A stretch of 64,000 nt of DNA, taken from the sequence record NC_070958.1; one strand, written 5' to 3'. Within the stretch, counting starts at the first letter, position 1. Each line of letters begins with the position of its first letter. Below are positions 18,257-27,429 of the stretch, piece after piece. A program made the translations under genes and the position numbers. The notes below the pieces were generated by a model. It did no database searches, was not told where the DNA came from, and saw only the letters and a program-made list of their open reading frames with translations.

Positions 18257-19362
18257 AAGGTGTGAAGATAAAGGAGTCTTCGGAAAAGATTTCCCCGGAG
18301 CTGATGGAGGTAGGGTTGGAACTCGCTAAGGAGTGCGGTATGTTCAACCACGTCCCTGTGATCAGGATCAATGGTGTCCAGTTGGACGGTGAACTGGTGG
18401 AGAATCCGGGAAGGATTCGAGCTCCAGGAATTCGACGTAAGGACGGTAGGGAGAACACCTGGGTTGATGAAGATCACCCGGTGATGTACAAACGGATGGC
18501 AGATGTCAAGTGGTATAAGTTCTATGTGGAAAAGGACAAAGTACTTTATGCCACCGAGGGGACCAATGTCCAGCTTGCCCACAATTTCACCTTCCGTAAT
18601 TGTGGTGACACGCCGATTGGTGAACGCTCGATCTTTATGATCGGTTGTGATATCGTCTCCGACTATCTCCACATCGACGCCGGGTCGCTCCTGGATCGTG
18701 TCCGGTACAAGGGTGCGTCGCTGACAGTGAAATCCAGTCAGTTGTCGAATGTCTCCATATCCATCGCTCGGGTCAAGATAGAGAAATCCATCTTTAAGGA
18801 TATCAACGCTGACTGTTACGACAAGTTGAATGTGGACAACTCCCACATCTCTGGTTGTTACATAGATGGCTGGAAAGAGGTAGCAATCTCTGACAGTACC
18901 ATCGTGCGGTATGGACAGTGGTACAGCATCCGTGCCGATAACTTTGAAGGTCCGGTTGGTGATTCCACACTCACCTTGAAGAACTTCAAGGCGGTAAGTG
19001 ATGGACGGCTTTGGGTCAACGAAGCCGCTAACGTCGAGTCTCTCCATCGCGCCCACTTTGGGACATTTAATGGACTGACAGACATTGAGTTCATTCGACT
19101 GAAGAATAACCATATCCTGCTCGGGAGTTCCTACTCTTTCTCTCTTGAGAAATTGGAGGCTGCCAGGGAAAAGGTTGTTCAGGGTTGCAGCGAAGATAAG
19201 GACGTGTCTACACTGTTCAAGTTGTACACTGGCTCTATCTTCAAGCCGGGTAATGAGAACTATGCAATCGTTAAGAAACGTTTCATTAACTTCATCGCCT
19301 CGATTATCGAGAAAGTAAAACTGTTCCAACTGATCGACATCCTCAACTCGTCCCGTAATTAA
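18253..19362 (+). CDS. Hypothetical beta-helix-like repeat protein (paralog of 17108..18256)
   Basis: ATGA-coupled; LHRAHFG motif; similar C-terminus. Confidence 0.8.
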   Translation: MKGVKIKESSEKISPELMEVGLELAKECGMFNHVPVIRINGVQLDGELVENPGRIRAPGIRRKDGRENTWVDEDHPVMYKRMADVKWYKFYVEKDKVLYATEGTNVQLAHNFTFRNCGDTPIGERSIFMIGCDIVSDYLHIDAGSLLDRVRYKGASLTVKSSQLSNVSISIARVKIEKSIFKDINADCYDKLNVDNSHISGCYIDGWKEVAISDSTIVRYGQWYSIRADNFEGPVGDSTLTLKNFKAVSDGRLWVNEAANVESLHRAHFGTFNGLTDIEFIRLKNNHILLGSSYSFSLEKLEAAREKVVQGCSEDKDVSTLFKLYTGSIFKPGNENYAIVKKRFINFIASIIEKVKLFQLIDILNSSRN

Positions 19363-19370
19363 CAATCATT

Positions 19371-19399
19371 CCCTACCTCTCCTTATTGGAGAGGTAGGG
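19371..19399 (+). terminator. Intrinsic terminator
   Basis: CCCTACCTCTCC/GGAGAGGTAGGG stem followed by TTTATTCTTTCTTTT. Confidence 0.85.
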
Positions 19400-19439
19400 T
19401 TTATTCTTTCTTTTATTTTGTCCCCATAAAGTTTCAGAT

Positions 19440-19457
19440 AGATATTATCAGAGTGTA
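19440..19457 (+). promoter_or_regulatory. Putative phage promoter motif, copy 3
   Basis: AGATATTATC-agag-TGTA. Confidence 0.7.
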
Positions 19458-19488
19458 TGTCCTAGCTGTATTTATTAAAGAGGTAACA

Positions 19489-20196
19489 ATGGCAAACAAA
19501 AACACTTCCCGCAAGAACAAAAAGTACAACCCCAATAAAGCAAGAGGTCAAGGAGTTATCACCAAACTCTTTGAGAGCTCATCTCACGTGTACAAGGTGA
19601 AGAACATCACCAAGTATCTCAATCAAGCTCTGGGGGCATTCTACGTCGTTGGAGACCTGTATCACGACCCGATGACCTTTGGTATGGATGTCCTTACCAA
19701 GAATCTTTCTGGTGACATGTTGAAAACCGCACAGGGTCAAATGTTGGAGTTCTTATTTAAAGAGCACCGGACTTGGCATATTGAGGTATTCCATTTCTTT
19801 GACTTCGACGGTATCGTGGAATGTGTCCCTGTTAAAGGTGCGTTCCCCGAAATGTCATTAGGGTTAATAGCTGACCTCACTACTGCGTTCATTGAGGAAT
19901 CCAGAACTGTTCTCTTTGAACTCTCAGAGTACGAAGGGATGGAAGGTCATTACAAACATTTCGGATACTATCTCAACTATGGGGATGATATTGACTTTGA
20001 TCACATGGATCCCCTGATCACCGAAGCTTTCTTTAAAGTTTCCCGTGATCTCACTGTTAACAAAGCGCCTGCGTCAATCAGTGGGAAACACTTGATCGAT
20101 TGCATGACCAAAACTCCCGATCAAATTGCCGGTAGTGAGGGTGTTGAACTCACCACCGACATGATCGATATTGAAACCCTGAAGGGAGTTAAGTGA
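19489..20196 (+). CDS. Hypothetical protein with basic N-terminus
   Basis: GAGGT RBS before ATG 19489 (MANKNTSRKNKKYNPNK). Confidence 0.8.
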   Translation: MANKNTSRKNKKYNPNKARGQGVITKLFESSSHVYKVKNITKYLNQALGAFYVVGDLYHDPMTFGMDVLTKNLSGDMLKTAQGQMLEFLFKEHRTWHIEVFHFFDFDGIVECVPVKGAFPEMSLGLIADLTTAFIEESRTVLFELSEYEGMEGHYKHFGYYLNYGDDIDFDHMDPLITEAFFKVSRDLTVNKAPASISGKHLIDCMTKTPDQIAGSEGVELTTDMIDIETLKGVK

Positions 20197-20810
20197 TGTC
20201 TATACTCATTGAATCGGCAAAATACACTTACGACCCGGAGGAGATTGCCCGTGTCCGCAAACTCTGGGAAGATAAGTTGAAACCCCAACCTGAAGAAGAA
20301 CCCTCACCCACTGTAAAGGAGAAACCTATGAAAGCTACCAACCTGCCGTTTGAAGACTGCAACACTCTGGAAAAATCTTTCCGTGAACTGGTCAAGGACA
20401 AACCATCCGGCATGAACCCGTCCCAGTACGTCAAGGTACTGAAAGACATCACTGCTCAGAGCTTCAACGGAAAGAACATGTTCCGGTCCTGCATCTTCAC
20501 CCAACAAGAACGTGTGAAGTACCTGGTAGAAGAAGTCCGTTGTCACCATGACAGCATTTCCTGGCACAAGCTGACTGGCGGTCGTGGCATGTACATTCCT
20601 CGTCTGTCAGGGATTGCCATTCCGGTGAATCTCAGCTACAACGATCTCTTCCACAAGGCCCGCTTGGTCATTGCAACTCACCGGCACCTCGAATACGTTC
20701 AGATCTCTCTTCAGTTCCTCATGACTGACGACAGCATCTGGGTTGATGTCCCCTGCCGGACCAACAACGTCAAAGAAGTTATCGAGCAACTGCTCATTCA
20801 AGAAGCATAA
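20196..20810 (+). CDS. Hypothetical protein
   Basis: Coupled to the previous stop codon; GGGAG RBS. Confidence 0.8.
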   Translation: MSILIESAKYTYDPEEIARVRKLWEDKLKPQPEEEPSPTVKEKPMKATNLPFEDCNTLEKSFRELVKDKPSGMNPSQYVKVLKDITAQSFNGKNMFRSCIFTQQERVKYLVEEVRCHHDSISWHKLTGGRGMYIPRLSGIAIPVNLSYNDLFHKARLVIATHRHLEYVQISLQFLMTDDSIWVDVPCRTNNVKEVIEQLLIQEA

Positions 20811-20819
20811 GGATAAGGT

Positions 20820-21296
20820 ATGAAAAACTATCGGCTGAAAATAAAGGACCTGTTCAAGGGTCGTGTCGTGTACCTGGCAGAACCTGGATGTACCCCTGTC
20901 AAGGTAAAGGTAGTTGGACACATCAACTCCTACATTTCCTTCCTGACCATCGCTATCGATACTTCAGGTCGTCCTGAGGAGGAAATCCTGAAGCAACATA
21001 ATGGACGGTACAACATCGCAGACCCGGCCATGGTAATGAAGATTGCCGCATCCCGAGGCAAAGAAAGTCCACTCGGGAACGGTTCTGTTGGGTTGGTGGA
21101 ACGTCACATCTCACCCATCAAGTATGTTCAGCTTCTGGATGAAAACAACACCCGGCACGATATCCAGGATTTTTATTTTGATCCGTCGGAATCCAAGCTC
21201 AAAGTGTTCTCTAACTTGAAGCAAGCCGAGCGTTATGCCGATTTCCCGGAAACGTTTGGCGAAGGTTTGGAATCCATCTTTACCGTAGAAGAGTAA
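20820..21296 (+). CDS. Hypothetical protein
   Basis: 158-aa ORF with AAGG RBS. Confidence 0.75.
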   Translation: MKNYRLKIKDLFKGRVVYLAEPGCTPVKVKVVGHINSYISFLTIAIDTSGRPEEEILKQHNGRYNIADPAMVMKIAASRGKESPLGNGSVGLVERHISPIKYVQLLDENNTRHDIQDFYFDPSESKLKVFSNLKQAERYADFPETFGEGLESIFTVEE

Positions 21297-21346
21297 CCCT
21301 GGCGAGGAGTTTAAGACACTCCTCCTCAACATAAGGAATAAATGTA

Positions 21347-21712
21347 ATGCGCGAAGATCTCCTGAACAAACTGTGTTCCCTGATGACCGATACCAAGTCC
21401 GAACATCGTAATGGTCACGAATCCGGTGAGTGTCGGGTTGCCGGCTCTACCTTCGAACTGGGTACCTTTGAAATCCTGGTCACTTTCGATGGTGACGAAG
21501 TACACACCAGCGGTCACTGCGGTCTCCAGTACCTCACCATCAGTAAGACTGACCGTGAACTCACCATCAAGGTTGTTCGTCGGAAAGGTGCGTTCATCAA
21601 GAACGACGTCAAGCTGATGGCTCACGATACCGGTGGTTTGATCGAGTGGTACAACGCCTGGTTCGCCGAGGTCATGGCCGAGAACAAACGCCCCACCCCC
21701 ATGAACTATTAA
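21347..21712 (+). CDS. Hypothetical protein
   Basis: AAGGA RBS; typical codon usage for this genome. Confidence 0.75.
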   Translation: MREDLLNKLCSLMTDTKSEHRNGHESGECRVAGSTFELGTFEILVTFDGDEVHTSGHCGLQYLTISKTDRELTIKVVRRKGAFIKNDVKLMAHDTGGLIEWYNAWFAEVMAENKRPTPMNY

Positions 21713-21718
21713 GGAGGC

Positions 21719-22042
21719 GTGATGTCTAAACGGTTAGATTCGTTATGGGCAAGTGCCGAACGAGAGGTGGAGATCTTCACCTCTCAGAAACAAGGTACCC
21801 TTCTCGATCGGTTCAAATCCTTGGTGGCGTACAAGAACGGTGAGCGTTCAATCAACGTTACTTCAGAGATGTTGCAAGTTCGGTCATATTTGGCTCCAGT
21901 GGTCAAGGGAGTGCCGATTTATAAAGTCTGGGAGAATATGTATTCAGTCTCTCATCGGTTGTTGAAAGGTCGGAGTGTAGATTACTATCTCTGTCAATTC
22001 ATCAAATCCATGCGTGAACTCAACAAGAGTATAAAACAATGA
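21719..22042 (+). CDS. Hypothetical protein
   Basis: AAGGAGG RBS. Confidence 0.75.
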   Translation: MMSKRLDSLWASAEREVEIFTSQKQGTLLDRFKSLVAYKNGERSINVTSEMLQVRSYLAPVVKGVPIYKVWENMYSVSHRLLKGRSVDYYLCQFIKSMRELNKSIKQ

Positions 22043-22425
22043 AGACTTCTATCATCCTGAAAGAACTCATGAACATCGTCTTCCAAGGTGGTATTCGTGA
22101 GAACAACAAAGATGCGTTCGGGCCCGAACTCTATCAGGTCCTGACCTATCTGGGTAAAGTCTCCCCAGTGTTCATGGAAGAAGAAAGCGGAATCGCAGCT
22201 CACATCAGGCGTGATAACCACTCTCTGGTAATCGCCTACGATCTGGACCTCACTGTCTGGACCTGTATCTATACAGAGCTGGACGATGAAGAACGAGTTG
22301 TGCGTGAACTCTCTTCTGCCGTAGAACTCCGGGGTATTGAACATGAAGCTTGGTTTGCTGAAGAAAACTTCCAGTATATCCAGACTGCGTTCTCTCCGAT
22401 CGTCGGGTGCTTCGTTCCGGCTTGA
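22039..22425 (+). CDS. Hypothetical protein
   Basis: ATGA-coupled to the previous ORF. Confidence 0.75.
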   Translation: MKTSIILKELMNIVFQGGIRENNKDAFGPELYQVLTYLGKVSPVFMEEESGIAAHIRRDNHSLVIAYDLDLTVWTCIYTELDDEERVVRELSSAVELRGIEHEAWFAEENFQYIQTAFSPIVGCFVPA

Positions 22426-22457
22426 ATCCTTTGCTAATAACAGAAGAGGATATCTCC

Positions 22458-22811
22458 GTGTCTGAAAGTAAAGATGAATCGGTACCAACCGGACCCGTTC
22501 CCGGTGTATTGTCACCGATCACCTGGCTCATGTACTACGCTAAAAGTGACGTAGCCAGTTTCGAGGGTGAGTTTGACGGCGTGATGTACAAGCTGTCTCT
22601 TTCCCGTTCTACCATCACCCGTGAAGTAACTGGTTACATTGGTCGGGGTCGGATCAACGCTACCGACATCACCATCCGTGGGACCCAGTATACTTGGTTG
22701 ACCAGTGATCTGGATACAGACACCAACAAGTATCCTGACGAACTGGGTGAAGGTAAAATCAACAAGCTCGGTCTCGAAGTCCATGAGTTTGTGAAGTCTC
22801 TGAACGAATAA
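22458..22811 (+). CDS. Hypothetical protein
   Basis: GAGGA RBS before GTG 22458; followed by a terminator. Confidence 0.7.
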   Translation: MSESKDESVPTGPVPGVLSPITWLMYYAKSDVASFEGEFDGVMYKLSLSRSTITREVTGYIGRGRINATDITIRGTQYTWLTSDLDTDTNKYPDELGEGKINKLGLEVHEFVKSLNE

Positions 22812-22827
22812 TCATTCACCATAATAA

Positions 22828-22858
22828 ACCCTACACCGGCGTTATGCTGGTGTAGGGT
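22828..22858 (+). terminator. Intrinsic terminator
   Basis: ACCCTACACCGGC/GCTGGTGTAGGGT stem followed by ATTT. Confidence 0.8.
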
Positions 22859-22881
22859 ATTTACTATTTAAGGGAAATAAC

Positions 22882-23562
22882 ATGAACAACGTATTTGCTA
22901 TTAAAGACATTCTTTCCATGAAGCCTGTTTTCAACGCTCAACTGGTACCTTTCCTTTCTCAAGGCCCGATGATCATCGGTAACGGTCCGTGCCGGCCTGT
23001 AGTGGGTGTGAGCCGCCTCTACGAGACCACTACTGACATGGGTGCCAATGTGGCATACCGTGTTCGCCTGGGTGTCCACAATGAAGATTGTAGCGACGTG
23101 GTTGCTGAACGGATTGGCATGACGATCGTACTGATCCCCAAGCTGGCCACTGAAGAAGAATTCGCGGAACTACTCTGGACCGGTGTGATGCGTGTTATCG
23201 GTCAACTTTACCGCCGTTACATCCGGGAAGAGAATGGCATCTCTCTGGGTAAATCCCTGACGGTTGAAGAGTACGTTCGAGGACTCATCTCTGTGGGAAC
23301 ATTTACCGATAAAGAAGTGGTGCTTGTTCCCAAGGGTCACGACATCGTTCTGGAGCGTGAAGGTGTGGTGTACTTCCAGGACGCATGCATCCAAACCGAC
23401 TATGCTTCTCTCTGCTGTGTACGCAATGAGGAGGAACAAGTGATCGGTACAGGCGCACCGCGTTCCATGAAAGTGTCTCGATTGGTCAATGCTATCGACG
23501 CTGCCATCGAGGCAAAGGTCGAACACTGCTCTGAATTCGCTGAGAAAGTAATCGCTATCTAA
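22882..23562 (+). CDS. Hypothetical protein
   Basis: 226-aa ORF with AAGGGA RBS. Confidence 0.8.
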   Translation: MNNVFAIKDILSMKPVFNAQLVPFLSQGPMIIGNGPCRPVVGVSRLYETTTDMGANVAYRVRLGVHNEDCSDVVAERIGMTIVLIPKLATEEEFAELLWTGVMRVIGQLYRRYIREENGISLGKSLTVEEYVRGLISVGTFTDKEVVLVPKGHDIVLEREGVVYFQDACIQTDYASLCCVRNEEEQVIGTGAPRSMKVSRLVNAIDAAIEAKVEHCSEFAEKVIAI

Positions 23563-23572
23563 GGAGATAGAA

Positions 23573-24307
23573 ATGCAAGCAGAAACAAAACTCACAATGA
23601 ACCCACTGCTCCGTCTGATGTGTGTCGGTCCATCCAGGAATCTTCCTCCTGTAGAAAAGATGACTGCCACCAAGGGTAAGTGCCGGTACGACGCAGAACT
23701 GGTAAACCGGACAGCAAAAGACTGTGTGTACAAGATCAAGATCACGTTCCCTGGCGGTGTCTACACCTATATCTGGTTGATACAGAACTATGTCGTTCAA
23801 GTTGTCCGGGTGTCATTCAACGAACTGCTTTCACCGACCAGTGTCAGTTTCACCTATGAAGGTGCGGCTGATCTCTTGGAGGGTTGGTTGAATGAGTTAC
23901 TTCATGGGATCTACGTTCGAAACTATGATCCCGACTTTCATGAACTCCCGGTAAAGGAAGTAGTTTACAAAGAACTCCCGCCAGCGTTGTTTGAAGAGAT
24001 AGATGTTAACGTCCGTAACGCCTGCTCGATTAACGAGGTGGGTTATGAGATCAGTTTCATCATCGCTTCCATTGTGGTACACGATAAGAGTGACAATCGA
24101 AAGCTTGCCATTCTGCAACGTTGGGGGTTCACCGACGTGGCTATTGATCGTGAAAACGACATCTTGACCTTTAAGCATTTCGGTCGGAAGGTCGTTCAGG
24201 ATAGCAAGAAAGCCACTTGCATTCGCGGCGGAGTGTATCTTGGTCACAGCATGAACCTTCGTCAAGTTGTGGCCGCCTGTATTGTAATCGGTGATAAGGA
24301 TCGATAA
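23573..24307 (+). CDS. Hypothetical protein
   Basis: 244-aa ORF with AAGGAG RBS. Confidence 0.8.
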   Translation: MQAETKLTMNPLLRLMCVGPSRNLPPVEKMTATKGKCRYDAELVNRTAKDCVYKIKITFPGGVYTYIWLIQNYVVQVVRVSFNELLSPTSVSFTYEGAADLLEGWLNELLHGIYVRNYDPDFHELPVKEVVYKELPPALFEEIDVNVRNACSINEVGYEISFIIASIVVHDKSDNRKLAILQRWGFTDVAIDRENDILTFKHFGRKVVQDSKKATCIRGGVYLGHSMNLRQVVAACIVIGDKDR

Positions 24308-24709
24308 ATGAAAAAGTTTATGGCTGTGGTAACGATGTTGTTGATCGCATTCGGTATGTACTTCGTTTACAAAGTAGCTGAAGTCTACCAGGAACCTGTC
24401 GAGGCCCGCGGTAAACTTATCGAATGTTACATTGATGGCGAGGTGACTGTAAACCCCGCTTACAAATGTGACTACAATGTAGGTGATGGTAAACATTACA
24501 CCATCGAGATCTCTCGTCAGGATTGGAGAAAGGAATACTTCCGAGTTGGACATGAGCGCGATCTTCGTATCTATAACGATAACGTAGATGCGGTGATTAT
24601 CATAGCCGCCATTTTGGAACTGTTCCTTTTCCTGTTCTTCCTTGCGATGTTTTGGACCTTGACCAGGTCTGAACCCAAAGAGGTAACTGCACGATGGAGA
24701 GAAGGATAA
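24308..24709 (+). CDS. Membrane protein with two TM segments
   Basis: Hydrophobic N-terminal segment (MKKFMAVVTMLLIAFGMYFVY) and C-terminal segment (AVIIIAAILELFLFLFFLAMFW). Confidence 0.75.
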   Translation: MKKFMAVVTMLLIAFGMYFVYKVAEVYQEPVEARGKLIECYIDGEVTVNPAYKCDYNVGDGKHYTIEISRQDWRKEYFRVGHERDLRIYNDNVDAVIIIAAILELFLFLFFLAMFWTLTRSEPKEVTARWREG

Positions 24710-24870
24710 TGCTCATTGCTGGGGTGATCTCGATCATGATCGCCTTGGCTTTCTTTATCGATATCGTCGGGCTGATCAAGTCAGGTAACATCGGTAGCGA
24801 ATTAGGCTGGCTCATACTTGGAGGTTTCTCCATGGGGCTAATTGGTATTAAACTGTTAGACGAGGTATAA
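24709..24870 (+). CDS. Small two-TM membrane protein (not in the ORF track)
   Basis: TAATG coupling; 53 aa MLIAGVISIMIALAFFIDIVGLIKSGNIGSELGWLILGGFSMGLIGIKLLDEV; the next gene starts immediately after its stop. Confidence 0.65.
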   Translation: MLIAGVISIMIALAFFIDIVGLIKSGNIGSELGWLILGGFSMGLIGIKLLDEV

Positions 24871-25233
24871 ATGAAGACCGAAGAAATCGTTAATGTACTG
24901 GGTTTGTTGGACAACGATCAGGACATCGAGGAAATTACCAAGGCTGGTATCAAGTCGGTACGTTGCGAGTCCCCTGAACCGCACTGGATCATCGGGACTG
25001 ATAGCGTTGCTCTTCGAGTCCGTTTCATAACGAGTATCGAGACTGCCAACTTCTTCTCGATCAGTGTTGGATTTGTCGAGGACACTGAAAATCCTGAAGG
25101 GACTTTCAAGATAGTCGCCAAGTCTGACCGGGAGTGGGTGGATCAAGAATACGAAACGTTGAAACAGATGATCTGTGCAACTGTTCGTGAACTGGTCTCC
25201 CCGTGGAGTCCTGCTAACCCTGATCCGTTTTAA
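24871..25233 (+). CDS. Hypothetical protein
   Basis: GAGGT RBS. Confidence 0.75.
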   Translation: MKTEEIVNVLGLLDNDQDIEEITKAGIKSVRCESPEPHWIIGTDSVALRVRFITSIETANFFSISVGFVEDTENPEGTFKIVAKSDREWVDQEYETLKQMICATVRELVSPWSPANPDPF

Positions 25234-25242
25234 GGGGAAGTA

Positions 25243-25395
25243 ATGAACCTTGATAAAGGTGGCTCTATCGGACGTGCTATCCAGGAGTATGCCGAGTTTC
25301 AACTCTGGATGTCTGACCAAGAGCAAAACAAAAACTGTCTTCGAAATCAACCTAAGGGAGAACTCCGTATTCTCCCCAAGCAAAAGAAGGATTAG
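25243..25395 (+). CDS. Small hypothetical protein (not in the ORF track)
   Basis: AAGGGGA RBS; the 50-aa ORF fills the gap between its neighbours. Confidence 0.55.
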   Translation: MNLDKGGSIGRAIQEYAEFQLWMSDQEQNKNCLRNQPKGELRILPKQKKD

Positions 25396-25398
25396 ACA

Positions 25399-25917
25399 AT
25401 GAACAACATTACAGTTGCCCAACTGAAAGCTCACCTCAAGTCAGCAGTGGTGAGATTCCTGGAAACCGACATGATCTCTCACGGTGACGAGATCATTTCC
25501 AAGATGACCGTCAAGAACCCTCCCAAGGGCGTGATGTCATACGGGTCGATCGTATTCGACTTAACCGAGAAAGCCATACCCTACGCTCCATCCCGGACCA
25601 TCACGGCGAGCTTCGATAGCGATGACATGTATGGCGACATGGATAAAGCCGTAGAAGATGCTGTCTTCCAATACCTCAACAACGTTGGTGCGGAATCCAT
25701 CGCTCTGATTCCTGGTCACGAAGTGGTCAAGAGTGGGGTCGGGTTTGAAGTGACGGTGAGGGATGGTGACATCATCCTGTACAACGCCTCCATGAAAGTT
25801 CCGGCTAACATGAAGGAAGGGTTGGACGCTGCCTTTGATCAAGCCGTTGATCTGGCCATGGTGGTCAAATACAAACGGATGGTTTCCGATCGTAGTTTCG
25901 ACAGCGTGGTAATCTGA
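25399..25917 (+). CDS. Hypothetical protein
   Basis: AAGGA RBS; followed by a terminator. Confidence 0.75.
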   Translation: MNNITVAQLKAHLKSAVVRFLETDMISHGDEIISKMTVKNPPKGVMSYGSIVFDLTEKAIPYAPSRTITASFDSDDMYGDMDKAVEDAVFQYLNNVGAESIALIPGHEVVKSGVGFEVTVRDGDIILYNASMKVPANMKEGLDAAFDQAVDLAMVVKYKRMVSDRSFDSVVI

Positions 25918-25927
25918 CAATAATACA

Positions 25928-25959
25928 AACCCCTTACTCCCAAGAGGGAGTAAGGGGTT
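25928..25959. terminator. Bidirectional intrinsic terminator
   Basis: AACCCCTTACTCCC/GGGAGTAAGGGGTT 14-bp stem between convergent genes. Confidence 0.85.
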
Positions 25960-25969
25960 GTCACTAACT

Positions 25970-26323
25970 TTATTTCTTTCCTTTATAATGGCTTTCGCCA
26001 CCAACCCTAACAGCTACATACATGAGCTGGTAATAACGCCACGACAGTTTGAGTCGAACCTCCATGTTGTATTTAAACAACTTGTCCGCTTCTTCACGAC
26101 TCCACATCCCGGTTGCGTACATATAGTCATGTACTAGGGCTGCTGGGAGGTACGTGTGAAATGAGGGATAGAAGGATTGTAACGCTCTTCCTGTGCTAGC
26201 ACCATTACTCCTGAATCCCTTAGGGACTGTGCATTCTGGTGTGACATAGTCTTCTAATAAGACCATTGTACCGTTGGTATAGTCGAACTCTACCTTAGGT
26301 TTGGCAAATACGAACTCTGACAT
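25970..26323 (-). CDS. DUF1353 family protein
   Basis: VPKGFRSNGAS...AALVHDYMY...EADKLF motif set; GAGGT RBS. Confidence 0.8.
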   Translation of the reverse strand: MSEFVFAKPKVEFDYTNGTMVLLEDYVTPECTVPKGFRSNGASTGRALQSFYPSFHTYLPAALVHDYMYATGMWSREEADKLFKYNMEVRLKLSWRYYQLMYVAVRVGGESHYKGKK

Positions 26324-26358
26324 AATGACCTCTATTTAATGTGCAAATGATTTCAGAA

Positions 26359-26376
26359 GTATATTATCTTAGTGGA
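26359..26376 (+). promoter_or_regulatory. Putative phage promoter motif, copy 4 (variant)
   Basis: GTATATTATC-ttag-TGGA. Confidence 0.55.
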
Positions 26377-26407
26377 TAAACTAATTTAATTTTTGTGAGG
26401 ACTTATT

Positions 26408-27418
26408 ATGTTGCCCATTATTGTTGGTGGTATCGCTCTGGCTGCAATCTTCGGTGGTAAGAAAGCATATACCGGACACAGGAAGAATGGAAGTGCTGAG
26501 GAATTGTTCACACTATCAGAGACTTGCCGAGTAGAGAGCGAAGCGAGTATTAAGCGCTCATCTGAATCACTGGATGAACTCATTAACAACTACACGTTGT
26601 TCTGTTCTGAATTTGGGAAGGAGATTAATTCCTTTACTATATTGGCTAAAGAAGTAACCGGTGTTCCCGTCACTGAGCTTAACCTGAACATTAAGTATGA
26701 TGACCTGGTTATCGCAACCAACTACGGTGAAGTTGCTAAGAGCATCGCGACAACAATTTCAGGTGGTGTGCTCACTGGCGCACTGATGGGGTTCGGTGGT
26801 TGGGGGAGTATGTTGTCTCTAGGTGTCGCTAGTACAGGCACACCCATTTCCGCGTTAGCTGGCGCGTCGGCTACCAACGCAGCCCTGGCTGCATTTGGTG
26901 GTGGTAGTCTGGCTACTGGCGGGTTGGGTATTGCCGGCGGTGTGGCCAGTCTGTCCGGAATCACTGTTGTTCCCGCTCTGGCAGCAATGGGTTGGAAATA
27001 TGACCGTGACGCCACCGCTAAATTAGATAGTGCACTTAATGTGGCCGAGGCCGCTTTAGAATTGCGCGAGAATGCCAAGAAGCTCGATACGTTCGTTACC
27101 GAATTAGAAGAGTACATCGGTTTGGTAATGACCGCGTTAACCAGAACCCGCGAAATCTTTGGTGAATACCACGAAGCACTGCGTAATCTCGATATTCTTA
27201 TAAAAGAACGTCGGGTAAACGAAATCGTGGAAGACGAAGAAAAGCGCATCATTTCGAACGCAATGAATCTGGGTCAGATCGCAGCCAAGATCATGACCAC
27301 ACCTCTGCTGGTCACTGAAACTGTAGACAACGAGCTTGTCATCAAGAAGAATGATGACGACCTCCCTGAAATAAATTGTGATGGTTTCATGGCTATAATG
27401 GAGAGTGCTAATCCCTAA
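26408..27418 (+). CDS. Glycine-zipper hydrophobic-hairpin coiled-coil protein (bacterial-type family)
   Basis: N-terminal hydrophobic MLPIIVGGIALAAIFGG; central GVASTGTPISALAGASATNAALAAFGGGSLATGGLGIAGG glycine-rich segment flanked by amphipathic helices. Confidence 0.85.
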   Translation: MLPIIVGGIALAAIFGGKKAYTGHRKNGSAEELFTLSETCRVESEASIKRSSESLDELINNYTLFCSEFGKEINSFTILAKEVTGVPVTELNLNIKYDDLVIATNYGEVAKSIATTISGGVLTGALMGFGGWGSMLSLGVASTGTPISALAGASATNAALAAFGGGSLATGGLGIAGGVASLSGITVVPALAAMGWKYDRDATAKLDSALNVAEAALELRENAKKLDTFVTELEEYIGLVMTALTRTREIFGEYHEALRNLDILIKERRVNEIVEDEEKRIISNAMNLGQIAAKIMTTPLLVTETVDNELVIKKNDDDLPEINCDGFMAIMESANP

Positions 27419-27429
27419 TAGGAGTAAAT

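Noticed and set aside
18184-19365. 393-aa antisense ORF over 18253..19362
   Set aside because: Shadow frame of a gene that has an RBS, coupling and a paralog; no recognisable motifs.
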